A stretch of 64,000 nucleotides of DNA, from contig CM126219.1 of assembly GCA_052327205.1 (NCBI GenBank), positions 64,852,001-64,916,000 of the forward strand, given 5' to 3'. Every line of letters begins with the position of its first letter. Within the stretch, counting starts at the first letter, position 1. The position numbers were made by a program, and so were the translations under genes. The notes beneath the pieces were generated by a model that saw only the letters and a list, made by a program, of their open reading frames with translations, ran no database searches and had not been told where the DNA came from. The stretch is from Somniosus microcephalus (taxonomy: Eukaryota). Below, piece by piece: positions 50,390 through 62,289 of the stretch.

Positions 50390-51976
50390 GCCTTTACAGA
50401 GCATATGAACACTGGTGTAGCTGCCCCAGTAGTCAACAGCTGGTCCTCAGAGTAAAACCCATTGATGATCCCTCCCAATTGCTCTCCTGCAAAATCTCAA
50501 GCCCTGTTCATACTACTTATTGACAGACATCCTGTTGTTTGACCCCAGGAATAACAATCCTCGTCCTTCTCCCAGTCACTGAAGCAACTTCCAGTTCTGA
50601 TTGAATATTAGTTGAGGTTGAGGCAGAAGCTGGTAAATGTCCTCTTTTACTTCACGCCACTGGCAATCCAGCTTTGCTGATTGAGTCCATCCAATCTCAC
50701 ACCACTGGGAACCTCTAACCACTATTAGTAGATGGTTCAGTGAGTGCTACAGTCTGGAGCAGTAGCTCATTCACCTCATGCAGTTCCAGAGGATGTCAAA
50801 TTAATACATGCACCATGAGGAATTAATACATGCACCATGAGGTGCATCCAATCACAACAATGGACTCCTCTGATTGAATGCAACTACTCATTTTGATTGG
50901 TAAAAAAATTAGCCTTTCAATCACGTGTTTAGTATAGAAGTGGCACCATTTTCAGGAAGGTATTTGGTAAACCTTTGTTTGTGGAGGGAGAAGACTGGTG
51001 CAATACTTTGGTCACCATGATTCAGAATCATTAGACATTTTAATGCAGAAGGCCACCAGAGCTTGGATACTCTTTCCCAGTGATGTCAGGTAGAAGGGAC
51101 ACGGTATTTAGATCATTCTATACATTACCAAATGGAAAAGGGCTCATTGGTCAGTCTGAAGATTGGTTCCTGTTTTAAGGTCATATACACACAGGTTGCT
51201 CCCACACTTAACCCTTTCTGTGCTCAAGTTGAGTTATCTCACCTGGGCGATGGTGCTGTGGAGTTAGCCTAGTCTACTCAAGAAGGGTCTTTGTTTTGAC
51301 ACTTGGTCTAGTAACAAGGCCAATCTTTACAGGACTGGAACTCGATAGGTTCCAAGTGTGACTCTTTCTACCAGTTGGTGTCAATGAGTTTAAGTCTGAA
51401 CCCATCTGCTAATTGTCTTTTCTAAATGACGAGCTTTCCCGCTACAATAAAGCACCAAATGAGAGCAGGAGATCGTGATCTTATGCATTGACTCCCCTCC
51501 TTTCTACCTTTCACTGGTGGGTGTGATCTATATAATGATAGAGCCCAATCAGAGAAAGGAAACTTCATTCATTGTCGCCAAGGTGGTTTTCAAACTAAAT
51601 TGCAGAGGTGAGAGGAAATGTTTAACTGCGGTGCTCCTTACAAACTTCCAGCTTCTTGGGGCCAGGAAGTCATGCTCCAGCACAGTCTGCCCCTTCAGGA
51701 GAGGAGGGGAAATAACTGGACTACACGACTGGACTCTGAATTACCAGGCTTTAAAAAATATACATATATGGGAAAAATATCTATGGGATATCCCAGTAAG
51801 AGCAGCTTCATTGTGACTCAGCAGCTTTCAGTATTAAAGTGTTTCCACCGGAATAAAACCTAGGAGCAGGAGGCCATTCAACCCCTCGAGCCTGTTCCGC
51901 CATTCAGTTAGATCATGGCTGATCTGTATCCTAAGTCCATCCACCAACCTTGGTTCCGTAACCCTTACCTAACAAA

Positions 51977-52323
51977 AGAGGTGCCGGAGGAAGGCCCTGA
52001 GAATCATTAAAGACGCGAGCCACCCCAGCCACAACCTCTTCGCCCTGCTCCCGTCCGGTAAGAGATACCGAAGCATACGGTCTCGTACCAGCAGGTTTCG
52101 AAACAGCTTCTACCCCCAGGCCATAAGACTCATGAACGAATAATTTATTATTATTTATTACTGTTGTTTTATTATTACTGTATTTCTATTACTGTAGTAT
52201 TTTTATCATTGTTATGCCATATTTATTCCAATGTTGGGAGGACTTGTAAAAATCAACATTTCATTGTGCAGTACACACGTCTGCTGCATATATGACAAAT
52301 AAAATTGAACTGAATTGAATTGA
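51977..52323 (+). mobile_element. Rex1/Babar LINE 3' fragment nested in CR1
   Basis: Highly similar to 33260-33593, with a (TGAAT)n tail. Confidence 0.9.
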
Positions 52324-52517
52324 TCTATCAATTCTCTCTGTTTTGACATTTTCAATTGACTCGCCGCCTCAACAGCTTTTTGGGAGGAAGAGTTCCAGAT
52401 TCCCACGACCCTTTGTGTGAAGAAGTGCTTCCTGACATCATCCCTGAACAGCCTAGCTCTAATTTTTCAGGTTACGCCCCCTTGTTCTGGAAATAGTTTC
52501 TCTCTATCTACCCTATC

Positions 52518-52718
52518 TGTTAGATCCGTGGTTCAGTGGATAAATAATCACACGGATGCTGTACATTAACAAACAACAGGTCTTTACTGGGGGAGGGTAA
52601 TCTCTAGACTGGGGTACAGAGGCATGCGCACAGCTTATATACCGGTGTGGTCACTGCCGGTACTACAGTATACAGGAGCTGTAAAAAGTAGTTCTGACTT
52701 AAAGGCACATACACTACA
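52518..52718 (-). mobile_element. Solo LTR (201 bp)
   Basis: TGT...ACA termini, 5-bp TSD CTATC, and TATA and AGTAAA signals on the minus strand. Confidence 0.75.
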
Positions 52719-53737
52719 CTATCGAATCCTTTAATCAACAAGGAATTGTTGTTTAGAGTGGAGAGGTATCGGCGTGTGATTCTCAGGTATTTTCCAACTG
52801 AAGTCCTTGGGTGGCCTTGCATCCTTTGCAATCACTGCCTTCCGAACTGTTGTTTTTAATCTCACGACAGTTTTAATTTCAGCTGGGAGTTTTATTCGGT
52901 TTGGCAATTTTCTTGTCCTGGCAGTACAGTACAGACGAGGATTAATCATTCCGATATTTTTAGACTGATGGAGTGACGGTCTCCTCTGTCGGCTACATGG
53001 GTCCGAGAGGAAACAAACTTTGGGGCAGTCTCATTCTAGCTCCTCGTGGGCTTATGGCCCACAGTACAACACCTCCTGCACTTTGGCACCAATTGGCAAT
53101 GCCACTCAGATGGGCTTAAAGATGGCCAGTGTAGGAAATGGAAAGATATCACACCGGCAGTAAGGGGCGTTCTTCTTAGATTGGTCTTATGCATGATAGA
53201 GGGAGCTTTACAGCATCTGGCCTGTGCTGTACCTGATCTGGGACTTGATGCTGACACTGGGTGCCTGAAATGGGGAGTGTTCCATCCCTCACCTTGATGA
53301 GCAACAAACCCCCCGTCCCCCCCACCCCAGAAAAATAAATCCCATACTCTGTAGGATTTGCAAGAAATGGCCTACAGGAAATTGTACGTCTGGAGTAAGT
53401 GGAGTACAATTCACACTGGAATTTTCCCGATTGAACAGAGTTCCCAATGAACTTTATTCTGGGAGCTAAGGTAGAAGGTTTAGCCAACCTGTACTATCCC
53501 ACCTGATCAAACTTGGAATGACAGTCTGAACTTTTAAAGCATGAAATCTCTCTCCTTAAAAAATACGTTGAAGTGTTCGATCCTCGGATCCTAATTAAGT
53601 GGCCATTCCTCTTATTACATGCCCACCATGCTGCCCCCATTACCCATCCACCGTGCCAGCCTTAAAGAAGCAGCAGCCACATTTCAGCACAAGCCACCCC
53701 TTTTGCCCCAAAGCAAAGCTTCCCCGGCCAGCTTTAC

Positions 53738-53802
53738 CTGCTTCCTTGTGCGTGTTTTGCCAGTCCGTAGCTTGATGTATCTCGCTATCAACTCATTGCG
53801 GC
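53738..53802 (-). CDS. TEAD3: TEAD exon, TEA DNA-binding domain: (G)RNELIARYIKLRTGKTRTRKQ
   Basis: 65 nt, phase 1 to 0. Acceptor ttttttattccgacAG, donor GTaaag. The peptide is the invariant TEA-domain segment. Confidence 0.97.
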
Positions 53803-54207
53803 CTGTCGGAATAAAAAAAAAACAAAGGCAATCAAATCCTTAAATGTTCTCCATTTTCAGCAAACACAAATGTAACAAACAGCAGCAACGTGCCAACTCC
53901 ACACGTTAAACCTGTGCCCCATCGTTAAAAGGTGGTGACACTACCATTGGGCTCCAGATTGAGGGGAGCGGGGGGGGGAGAAATCAGCCAGGGTTCCCAG
54001 TCCTGATTACTATCCAGTGACTCATGTTGGACAGTGTGGATACTGGGGACACTGAGGACAGGATCAGTGATGATGTCCCCCATTGCCCAAAAGGTGACTG
54101 ACGCTCACTGTCTAGACAACCTGGATCAGATGCATTGCATTGCAATAGCTCTTTAGAGTTGGGTATTATCACCTCGCCTCCACCTGGCTGCCAATCGGTT
54201 CTGGGAG

Positions 54208-54428
54208 TTAAAGAAAGAAAAACTTGCATTTATATAGCGCCTTTCACAACCACCGGACATCCCAAAGCGCTTTACAGCCAATTAAGTACTTTTGAAGTCA
54301 CTGTTGTAATGTCGGAAACGCGGCAGCCAATTTGCGCACAGCAAGCTCCCACAAACAGCAATGTGATAATGACCAGATAATCTGTATTTTTTAGTAATGT
54401 TGATTGAGGGATTAAGTATTGACCAGGA
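54208..54428 (-). mobile_element. Deu-SINE 3' half
   Basis: ttgcatttatatagcgcctttcac...gcaagctcccacaaacagcaat. Confidence 0.8.
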
Positions 54429-55569
54429 GTTGGGTGCCCTGCACAGTAGGGATTAGCACAAGTCTCAGCCAGGATTGCCAGCTAATCCCAAATTCATTGG
54501 GTTCAACCTGGTTGAGGTTCCATCGCCAGTGGAATGTGTTTTCTCAAAGAAAACAAATCTGTATCCAACAGTCATATTGAATAGACATTGGAACCAGATT
54601 TGTGCCTCGGGTAAACTACTGACTCTAAAACACTACCGAGAATAGCAACGGAGCTAGAGTCCAACTGTCCAGTCCCAAGATTGCAGAAAAAAGGATAAAT
54701 TAAAATGTACCTGACAACAATCAGCCAACGTTCTATGAATACAAAGTCTTTGGAAGGGGAAGATGGAGAGAAGAGAATGGGGTGGAAGAGGAAAAAAAAG
54801 AATGGATTCTCAAGTGTGTGAAGCCCCCCAATCAAAAAGTCACCGTAGGTCCAATTCATACAGATTTGGATTCAGAAGCATTTTTATGAGGAACAGTGTG
54901 TTGCCATCACTCCTCGCCGATCACACGTGTCACCATTTTCCAAATTACATCAAGGTTTTTGAACAGGAGGAACAATGATTCAGGTTAGTGATCCAAATGA
55001 TTTACTCTCTGCAGTCTAGCAAAGAGCAGAGCCGCCTATGGCAGGGGTGGCTGGCAGTCCAAGCCGAAGGGGAGAGGAAGAGGAAGATGATGGCATCTAA
55101 GTCAGTTCCCTGCTGGCTTCGGGAGACTCTTTCCGACTTTTGCTAGTTATAGCGCGTCTGCGCGAACCAGTAGAACTTTAGGTGGTCTGAGTCCAAAGTA
55201 AATCCCAGAAGCTCTTCCCACCCATATAGCTTGGAGATGAGTCAATAGGATTCTCAGGCATTCTGCAGCAACCACATTATTCTCCGTTCCAGAAGACTGT
55301 CTTCAGTCTTGTTACTTTCAGCTTTGTGCAGCACACACCACATAAAAGTAGACAATTCACTTGTCTCCAGGGCTTTATGGTACGTGCATGTTTCTGTGCG
55401 TACTCCCGTACACGGTGAGTGGGATACGTTGAGTGCCCACCACAGCACAGGAGCTGTTAATCGAGCGCAACAAGCTGGTGATGGAGCAGTCATTATTAAT
55501 CTGTCTGGCTTCCTGACAGTGACAATAAGGTCTAAACACTGTGCACTACCCATTCAAGCACTACTTAGC

Positions 55570-56205
55570 TCCCATATCCCACGGCACTATTTCGAAGAAG
55601 AGCAGGTGTCCCCGGTGTCCTGGACAATATCCCTCAATCCACATAACAAAAACAGATTGTCTGGTCATTGTCACATTGCTGTTTGTGGGAGCTTGCTGTG
55701 TGCAAATTGGCTGTGCTTTTTCCACATTACAACAGTGACTACACTCCAAAAGTACTTCATTGGCTGTAAAGGGCTTCGAGACGTCCAGTGGCCATGAAAG
55801 GCGCTATATAAATGCAAGTCTTTCTTTCTATCCCTAACTGCATGTCCTCTAAATCTAAAACACTCTCTGCAGGTGTCAACCATGGCTCAGTTGGTAGCAC
55901 GCTCGCCTCCGAGTCAGAAGGTTCTGGGTTCAAGCCCCACACCTGAGACTTGAGCACAGAATCTCTGCTGACACGCCTAAGCCCCGTCTGCCCTCTCAGG
56001 TGAACGTAAAAGATCCCATGGCAATATTTCAAAGAAGTGCAGGAGAACGCTCCTTAATGTCCTGGCCAATATCCCTCAACCAACATCACTGATTGGCTGC
56101 TGTGTTTCCTACATTACAACAGTTCAAAACTTCTTTGTTGACTGTAAAGCGCTTTGGAATGTCCTGTGGTTTTGAAAGGCGTTATATAAATGCAAGCCTT
56201 TCTTT
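55570..56205 (+). mobile_element. Two adjacent Deu-SINE copies (about 55570-55830 and 55873-56205)
   Basis: Deu core with L2-like tail, then a tRNA head and a deleted body. Confidence 0.8.
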
Positions 56206-58006
56206 TACAGTAAGGATGGAGAGACTGCAAAGAGCCTGAAAATGTGAAATACCAAAGCGATGGGAGTGCCCATCTCTTCTTCACTGCATTCCTGAAGTTC
56301 CTCAAAATTCAGATCCGAGCAGACTCACACAATAAATCTGATATAAATAACCTCCAGGAATATCTCTAACCACCTCCCACAAAAGAAGTGAGTCATTTTA
56401 ACGCCTTCTCTCAGTAACTGACTCCTGGTGATTAGGTTTGACTCCTGAATCATTGGAACATCCACCTCCACACCCTCCTGGGCCTAACCTAGGGTTACAT
56501 TTATGTAGTTTAGTGGGAGTGGGGTCAAAGGGAACACGGGATGGGTCTAATGGAAAAGTTGCGCTCGAGAGGGCATAAGGTAAAATATGTAGGCCTGTGG
56601 TTATGGTGAGGGAGGAATATTGTTGAAGAATGGAAGCTCTTTTCACCTCATGGTCTGGCCTGGATGGTATTGGCTCGGTCTCTCCTACATTCCTCCAACA
56701 ATACAATCCCACTCCAAACTCAGAACAACAGCGGTCATTCAAAAAACAACATTCTGCACACTTCTAATTCTGGTTTAAAAGAGCAGAAATACAAATGTAA
56801 AACCCTCTTCTCTGGCGACTGAGAACCAGCCGAGACTGAGATGGGGCCAACTCACCTGTGTCCATTGGTAGGCAATAGTCAAGAGTGGATCTGTCCCTTT
56901 GGTATTGGATTTTAACCTTACATGGTTTAAAATCCTAAATCAGCTTTGAAAAAACGTACATCTTTCTAAGTATCCATCAAATACTTCTGCATCTCCAGCA
57001 ATGGCTTCTCTTCCCACCCCACATGGTTCTCACTGAAGTCCCCAAAAGATCTATCCTTGGCGTCCTCCTCTTACTCATCTAAAAGCTGCCCCTTGGCAAA
57101 ATCATCCGCAGACGGGAGGTCAGTTTCCACGTGTACTCGGACAACACCCAACTACAGCTCACTCCTCTCTCGACCTCTCCACTACCTCGACGTTGTCAGA
57201 CCACTTGTCTGATTTCCAGTCACGGAGGAGCCACAATATCCTCCAGTCAAACGTTGGGAAGATTGAAGCATTTGCCTTTGGCTCCTACCACAAAGTCTAT
57301 ACCCTCACCACCGACTCCACTCCAGCCACTGTCTCAGGCTGATCCAGACTGTTTGCAATCTCGCATCTTATTCAATCCCAAACTGGGCTTCTGTACCCAT
57401 ACCCTCTCCTTCACAAGAAACACCCTTTTCCACCTTCATAACATCGCCCGTCTCTGCCCATCTGCTGCTGAAGCCCTCGTCCATGCTTTTGCCACCTCCA
57501 GACTCGCCTATTCCAATGCTATCCTGGCCGACCTCTTATCCTCCAGCCCACCCAAAATTACGCTGCCCGTGTCCTATTTCGCAAAAAGTCCTGCTGACCT
57601 ATCGCCCTTGTCCTTGCTGATCTACATTGTATCCCAGACCCCCCCAACGCCTCCAATTTAAAATTCTCATCCTCTTTAAATCCTTTCATGGCCTCACCCC
57701 ACCCAATCTCTGTAACCTCCTATAACTACAACTGCAACCCCAATCCCGCCCCCCCCCCCCCCGCCGACCTCTCCGTTCCTCTGACTCTGGCATTTCGCTC
57801 CAATCACCCCCCACTTTTGCCCCACCATTGGAGACCATGCCTTCAGCTGTCTAGTCCCCACACTCTGGAATTTCCTCCTCTTTTAAGATGCTCCTTAAAA
57901 CTCACCTCTTTGAGAAAGTTTTTAGTCACCCCTCCTAATATCTCTTTCTTTGGCTCGATGTCCATTTTTGTTTGATTTTGCCTCTGAAGATCCAGTGGAA
58001 TGTTTC

Positions 58007-58863
58007 ATATGTACATACGAATTAGGAGCAGGAGTAGGCCACTCGGCCCCTCGAGCCTGCTCCGCCATTCAATAAGATCATGGCTGATCTGATTACTCCA
58101 CATTCCCGCCTACCCCCGATAACCTTTCACCCCCTTGCTTATCAATAATCTATCTACCTCTGCCTCAAAAACATTCACCGCCCCCCGAGGAAGAGAGCTC
58201 CAAAGACCCGCGACCCCCCAGTGAGAAAAATATCTCCTCATCTCAGTCCCAAATGGGCGACCCCTCATTTTTAAACAGTGACCCCCAGTTCTAGATTCTC
58301 CCACAAGAGGAAACATCCTCTCCACATCCACCCCGCCAAAACCCCTCAGCATCCCACATGTTCCAATCAAGTCACCTCTTACTCTTCTAAATCCAGCGGA
58401 TACAAGCCCAGCCTGTCCAACCTTTCCTCATAAGACAACCCGCCCATTCCAGGTATTAGTCTAGTAAACCTTCTCTGAACTGCTTCCAATGCATTTACAT
58501 CTTTCCTTAAATAAGGAGACCAATACTGTACACAGTGTGATGAAATATTCCATTCATCACTCATCAGTATTTCTCTGCCTGTGACTGTGGTTGGTTTCAG
58601 TTTCATTTCCATTGTATTGTACTGTGTGTAGGGCTCCGCCCATACCTGGCTCCTATGTAAGCTGGCCCAGCCTGCAGCACATCCAGTACGGCAGACCTCT
58701 GGATGGAAGATACATTCTCCTCTGTGTGTTACCTTCTAAGTCAATAAAAGCCTTGTTTTGTTTCACTAACATCGAGTCTCGGATTTATTGAGGCACATCA
58801 CACAGTACTCCAGATGTGGTCTCACCCTGTATAACTGAAGCATAACCTCCCTACTTTTGTATT
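58007..58863 (-). mobile_element. CR1 (HER1-like) LINE fragment nested in L2
   Basis: CVQYWSPYLRKDVNALEAVQRRFTRLIPGM..YEERL, with an 8-bp TSD AATGTTTC at 57999 and 58864. Confidence 0.9.
58536..58800 (+). mobile_element. Solo LTR (about 265 bp) nested in CR1
   Basis: TG...CA termini, CACAG duplication, AATAAA at 58743. Splits the CR1 EY|CVQ codons. Confidence 0.75.
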
Positions 58864-60269
58864 AATGTTTCCACATTAAATATAATTGCAAGTTGTTGTC
58901 TACATGAGAGTACTTCATGGCTTTTATGGGAGCAAGGCACCACTAGATGGAGAGTATGTATTCAAGGGAACAAGTGTACTGATGGTCAATCAGATCTATG
59001 GATTATACAGTGAATATACCTATGAATTTTCTCCTGATCTTCACCCATGAGAAGAAAGTTGAAGAATGTGACCTTTTTAAAACCCAAAGTAGGATTCGTG
59101 AACTGTACTGACCTATCTACTCCTCTTTACTGTGCGTTTATTTAGAGAAGGCATTTACTGCTACACTGCTGTGACGGGGTATTTGTGATCTTTGCACTAG
59201 CCATGTCAAGGTATCATCTGTACACAAGCAGAACATAAAAATCTTCATGCAGTCACAGCCAATAAAACAACTGGTTCAGTCTTTAAAAACCTAATGCAAG
59301 GTGGTTTTAGAGGGGCCGAGAGGTGGGTTTACAGGGGCTGTCTGGTCATTTATCTTGCTTGCTGTTTGTGGGAGCTTGCTGTGCCCAGATTGGCTACCAT
59401 ATTTGCCTATATAACAGTAAATGTACTTGGGGGAGGGGGGGTGGGGGGAAACGTAACGCCAAGTGTTGTAAGTTTTGGAGTGGCATTTGAACCCACAGAT
59501 CTCTGGCACAGAGGCGAGAGAGTCTGCCTGATGAGCAGACTCAATACATCCACCTGTTTCCAACATGTGCACCGCGCCCTGTGACAGGAAGGATCCGTAG
59601 GCTGATGAGGGGCAGTGCATCCTATCCAGGGCCTTCCCGCTGGGGCACTTGTACAGACACCATGTCTGCACTCACCGCTTTGACATGCCAGCCTGCGCAA
59701 TTAAAAGGCACTGGCCTATTTATTATTATTTTAAAATCGAATCCTTATTTGCCTTTAGGGCGGTCAGACAACCCAGTGGGTGTGATGCGGACCACAGGCT
59801 GTTGTCACATCGGAGCCTGTGGGCCCAGCCACACTCGCACAGCTGACTGAACGCTCTACAAACGTAAACAAGCACAACAAACACGACATTCCTGATCATC
59901 AACTGGGGGACACTGGGACCAATTCCAGCTTTTAGCTTATTGTGAAAAGCCAAAGAGTTTTAATTGCAAATAACAACACTGCAGAGAGGACAGGCTCAGG
60001 GTGATGTTTAGGGCAAGTGATTTGTTATCATTCAGCTACCACCGTTAAGATATAAAAATCTTAATACCACACTTTATCATGTCTCTCAGAAACACCCCAA
60101 GGTGCTTCACATACAACAAATAACTGTGCAGTGCTGTGACGGTCATTACAGAGGCGAGTATGGCAGCCATTTTACACACAGCAAGATCCCACAAACAGCG
60201 GTGAGATCAGTCTGGTTCTTTTTGGGCGCGCCTGGTTGAGGGAGGCACAGGATTTATCAATACATGAAA

Positions 60270-60895
60270 CGAAGAAAGAAAGACTTGCATTTCCATAGCG
60301 CCTTTCACAACCTCAGGACGTCCCAAAGCGCTTTGCAGCCAATGAAGTACTTTTGAGGTGTAGTCACTGTTGTAATGTAGGGAAACACAGTAGCCAATTT
60401 GAGCACAGCAAGCTCCCACAAACAACAATGAGATAAATGCCCAAATCATGTGTTTTAATGATGTTGGTTGAGGGATAGATAATGGCGGGACACCGGGGAT
60501 AACTCCCCTACATTTCTTCAAAATAGCACCATGGGATCATTTACATCTGATGTAAAGGGACTACAGAGTGCTTGATTTGAGTATAAAACAAGGCTTTAAT
60601 CAACTGTTTCAAAACCATGAGATTTCTAGTTACAATCACTAGTTCCTGGTTACAGAAACATCCTGAGCAAGCTGGGCTCACGCCCGAGTATTTATACTCC
60701 TTGGACGGCGCCACCAGCTGGCCGCCCCGTGTTACTTCATGAGTCATGATAAGATTCATGACGTCCAACTGAGAGGGCCGACGGAACCTCAGTTTAACGT
60801 CTCATCTGAAAGACGACACTTCCATCAGTCCTTGGAGTGGGACTTGAACCACAACCTTCTGACTCAGAGGCAAGAGCGCAACCCACTCAGTCACG
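60270..60895 (-). mobile_element. Deu-SINE with a nested solo-LTR-like insert (60548-60760)
   Basis: The SINE body is split by about 213 bp flanked by acatc/acgtc. The insert has TATAAA and ATTAAA on the minus strand. Confidence 0.7.
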
Positions 60896-61769
60896 GTGGA
60901 CACGCGATGCAATGACATCGTCAGCATCAGGAAACATCAGTCTGTCAGTTGTGTGCAGTGTAACGATGACCTGTAAAAGCAACTCCTGGCAAGGCACTGC
61001 ACCACACCAGGCAAAGAAAGGTCTGGGGGCAGCTGTAGCAGTACTGGAGATGGTCTTAGTAACCTGAGGCTCGTGGCTAACTTTCCTCATCAACATGGCC
61101 ATGATCCCCCATTAGGGGGCTGTCTGAACTGCTGAATATCAAGTGTCTGATAATTGGAACGATGAGTAGGCCTTGGGCTCGCAGCACATGCTAAAGCTGG
61201 CAGCATCACCAGTCAGAGGCCCCTTGGGGAGCATCCAGAGAGCAGACATGTGCAAACTCGGGGAAGCCGGAAAGCGAGAGTCTTGTGGAGCACGGTTATA
61301 ATTTACGGAGGGTGTGCAGTTGTGATTGCTCATCAAATTCCACATTCACACACAAACATTTTAAAATACCTCTCGCGCTGAAAAATAAACCCACAATTAA
61401 CCTCAACCCGACAATGTGTGACAGGAGACACATTCTTGTGATCTCTCATACATCAGTGCTAATTGAAAACAGGCTCAGAAGGTCCTACACTGGCGCTCTC
61501 CAATCTTAACACCAAACTCTGTGTCCTCTCAGACATACTATAAATAAATAAATCTCACCTCCAGGTTGTAAAAAAAAACTCGGTTGGCTGGTGCTAGCCT
61601 GCGCCCTCTCCTTTAATTCCATCTACAACTGTAACTCAGTATGTGAGCGAAGAGAATGGTAAGGCTCACAGCCTCCCCACATCTTGTGTTGAAATCTAGA
61701 CTCATTGCACCATCTCCCACCCAAACTTATTCTCTCTCAGGATCTCACAACCATACTCCCTTCTGTCAT

Positions 61770-62180
61770 CGGAACACAGGGACGGCTGGTCGAAAAATGA
61801 CCCAGGCCCATCTAGTTCACCTTCTACCATCCTGGCAGTTGCATGATACAAGGATAATTAAGTTGTTGACTCATCATAGCGATCAAACTCTATCGAGTAG
61901 TCTACAACAGACCCAGACGTGACATGAGGAAAACGCCAGTGGTGGAGCCATTGGTCCAAAGTCACCTGTTCCTCTCACGCATGATACAATTAACACATCA
62001 TGTTATAATTGCTCTTATAATGTATCCCAAAATATTATGTTCTGAAAGAAATCTATCTAATTTGCATTTGAATGAATCAATACTAACTGCTGCCACCGTC
62101 TCCCTAGGGAGCTTGTTCCATAGATTGACCACTCACTCACTGAAATATTGTTTCCACACATTTACTTTGAATTACTCCCC
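61770..62180 (-). mobile_element. CR1-group LINE 3' end (short copy)
   Basis: Paralogous to 62290-62714. Confidence 0.75.
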
Positions 62181-62289
62181 ATGGGGGAGGGACCAGCGGG
62201 TGACTGGTTGTGTGGAACCAAACCCCAGTCAGATGTTAAAAAAATATGAAATAAGAAAGACAATATTTGAAGTGAGAGGTTTACATTGA

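Larger units (their letters stand above)
51860..52738 (-). mobile_element. CR1 3' fragment carrying two nested insertions
   Basis: HER1-like tail aggagcagg..ccattcaacccctcgagcctg. The sequence resumes after the Rex1 and solo-LTR inserts. Confidence 0.8.
16356..53802 (-). other. TEAD3: Partial TEAD-family transcription factor gene (span of recognised exons; gene extends beyond both window ends)
   Basis: Exons splice in frame to give G-RNELIARYIKLRTGKTRTRKQ|VSSH(I/M)QVLAR..K|AMNV|DQASKDKALQNMAAMSSAQIVSA...R|FWPGPLPGQPGSSQ, matching TEAD exon structure. The family call is secure. The paralogue call is uncertain: TEAD3 is the best match by eye, but a TEAD2 orthologue is possible. Confidence 0.9.
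56990..58900 (+). mobile_element. L2-clade LINE 3' portion, interrupted near its tail by CR1
   Basis: YSDNTQL (YADDTQL-like), FHLHNIARL, EALVHAFATSRLAYSNAIL. The tail resumes at 58864-58900. Confidence 0.85.

Noticed and set aside
55363-55455. 93-nt open phase-1 segment as an extra TEAD exon
   Set aside because: There is no pyrimidine tract, the donor is weak (AA|GTGAAT), and it would interrupt the TEA domain.
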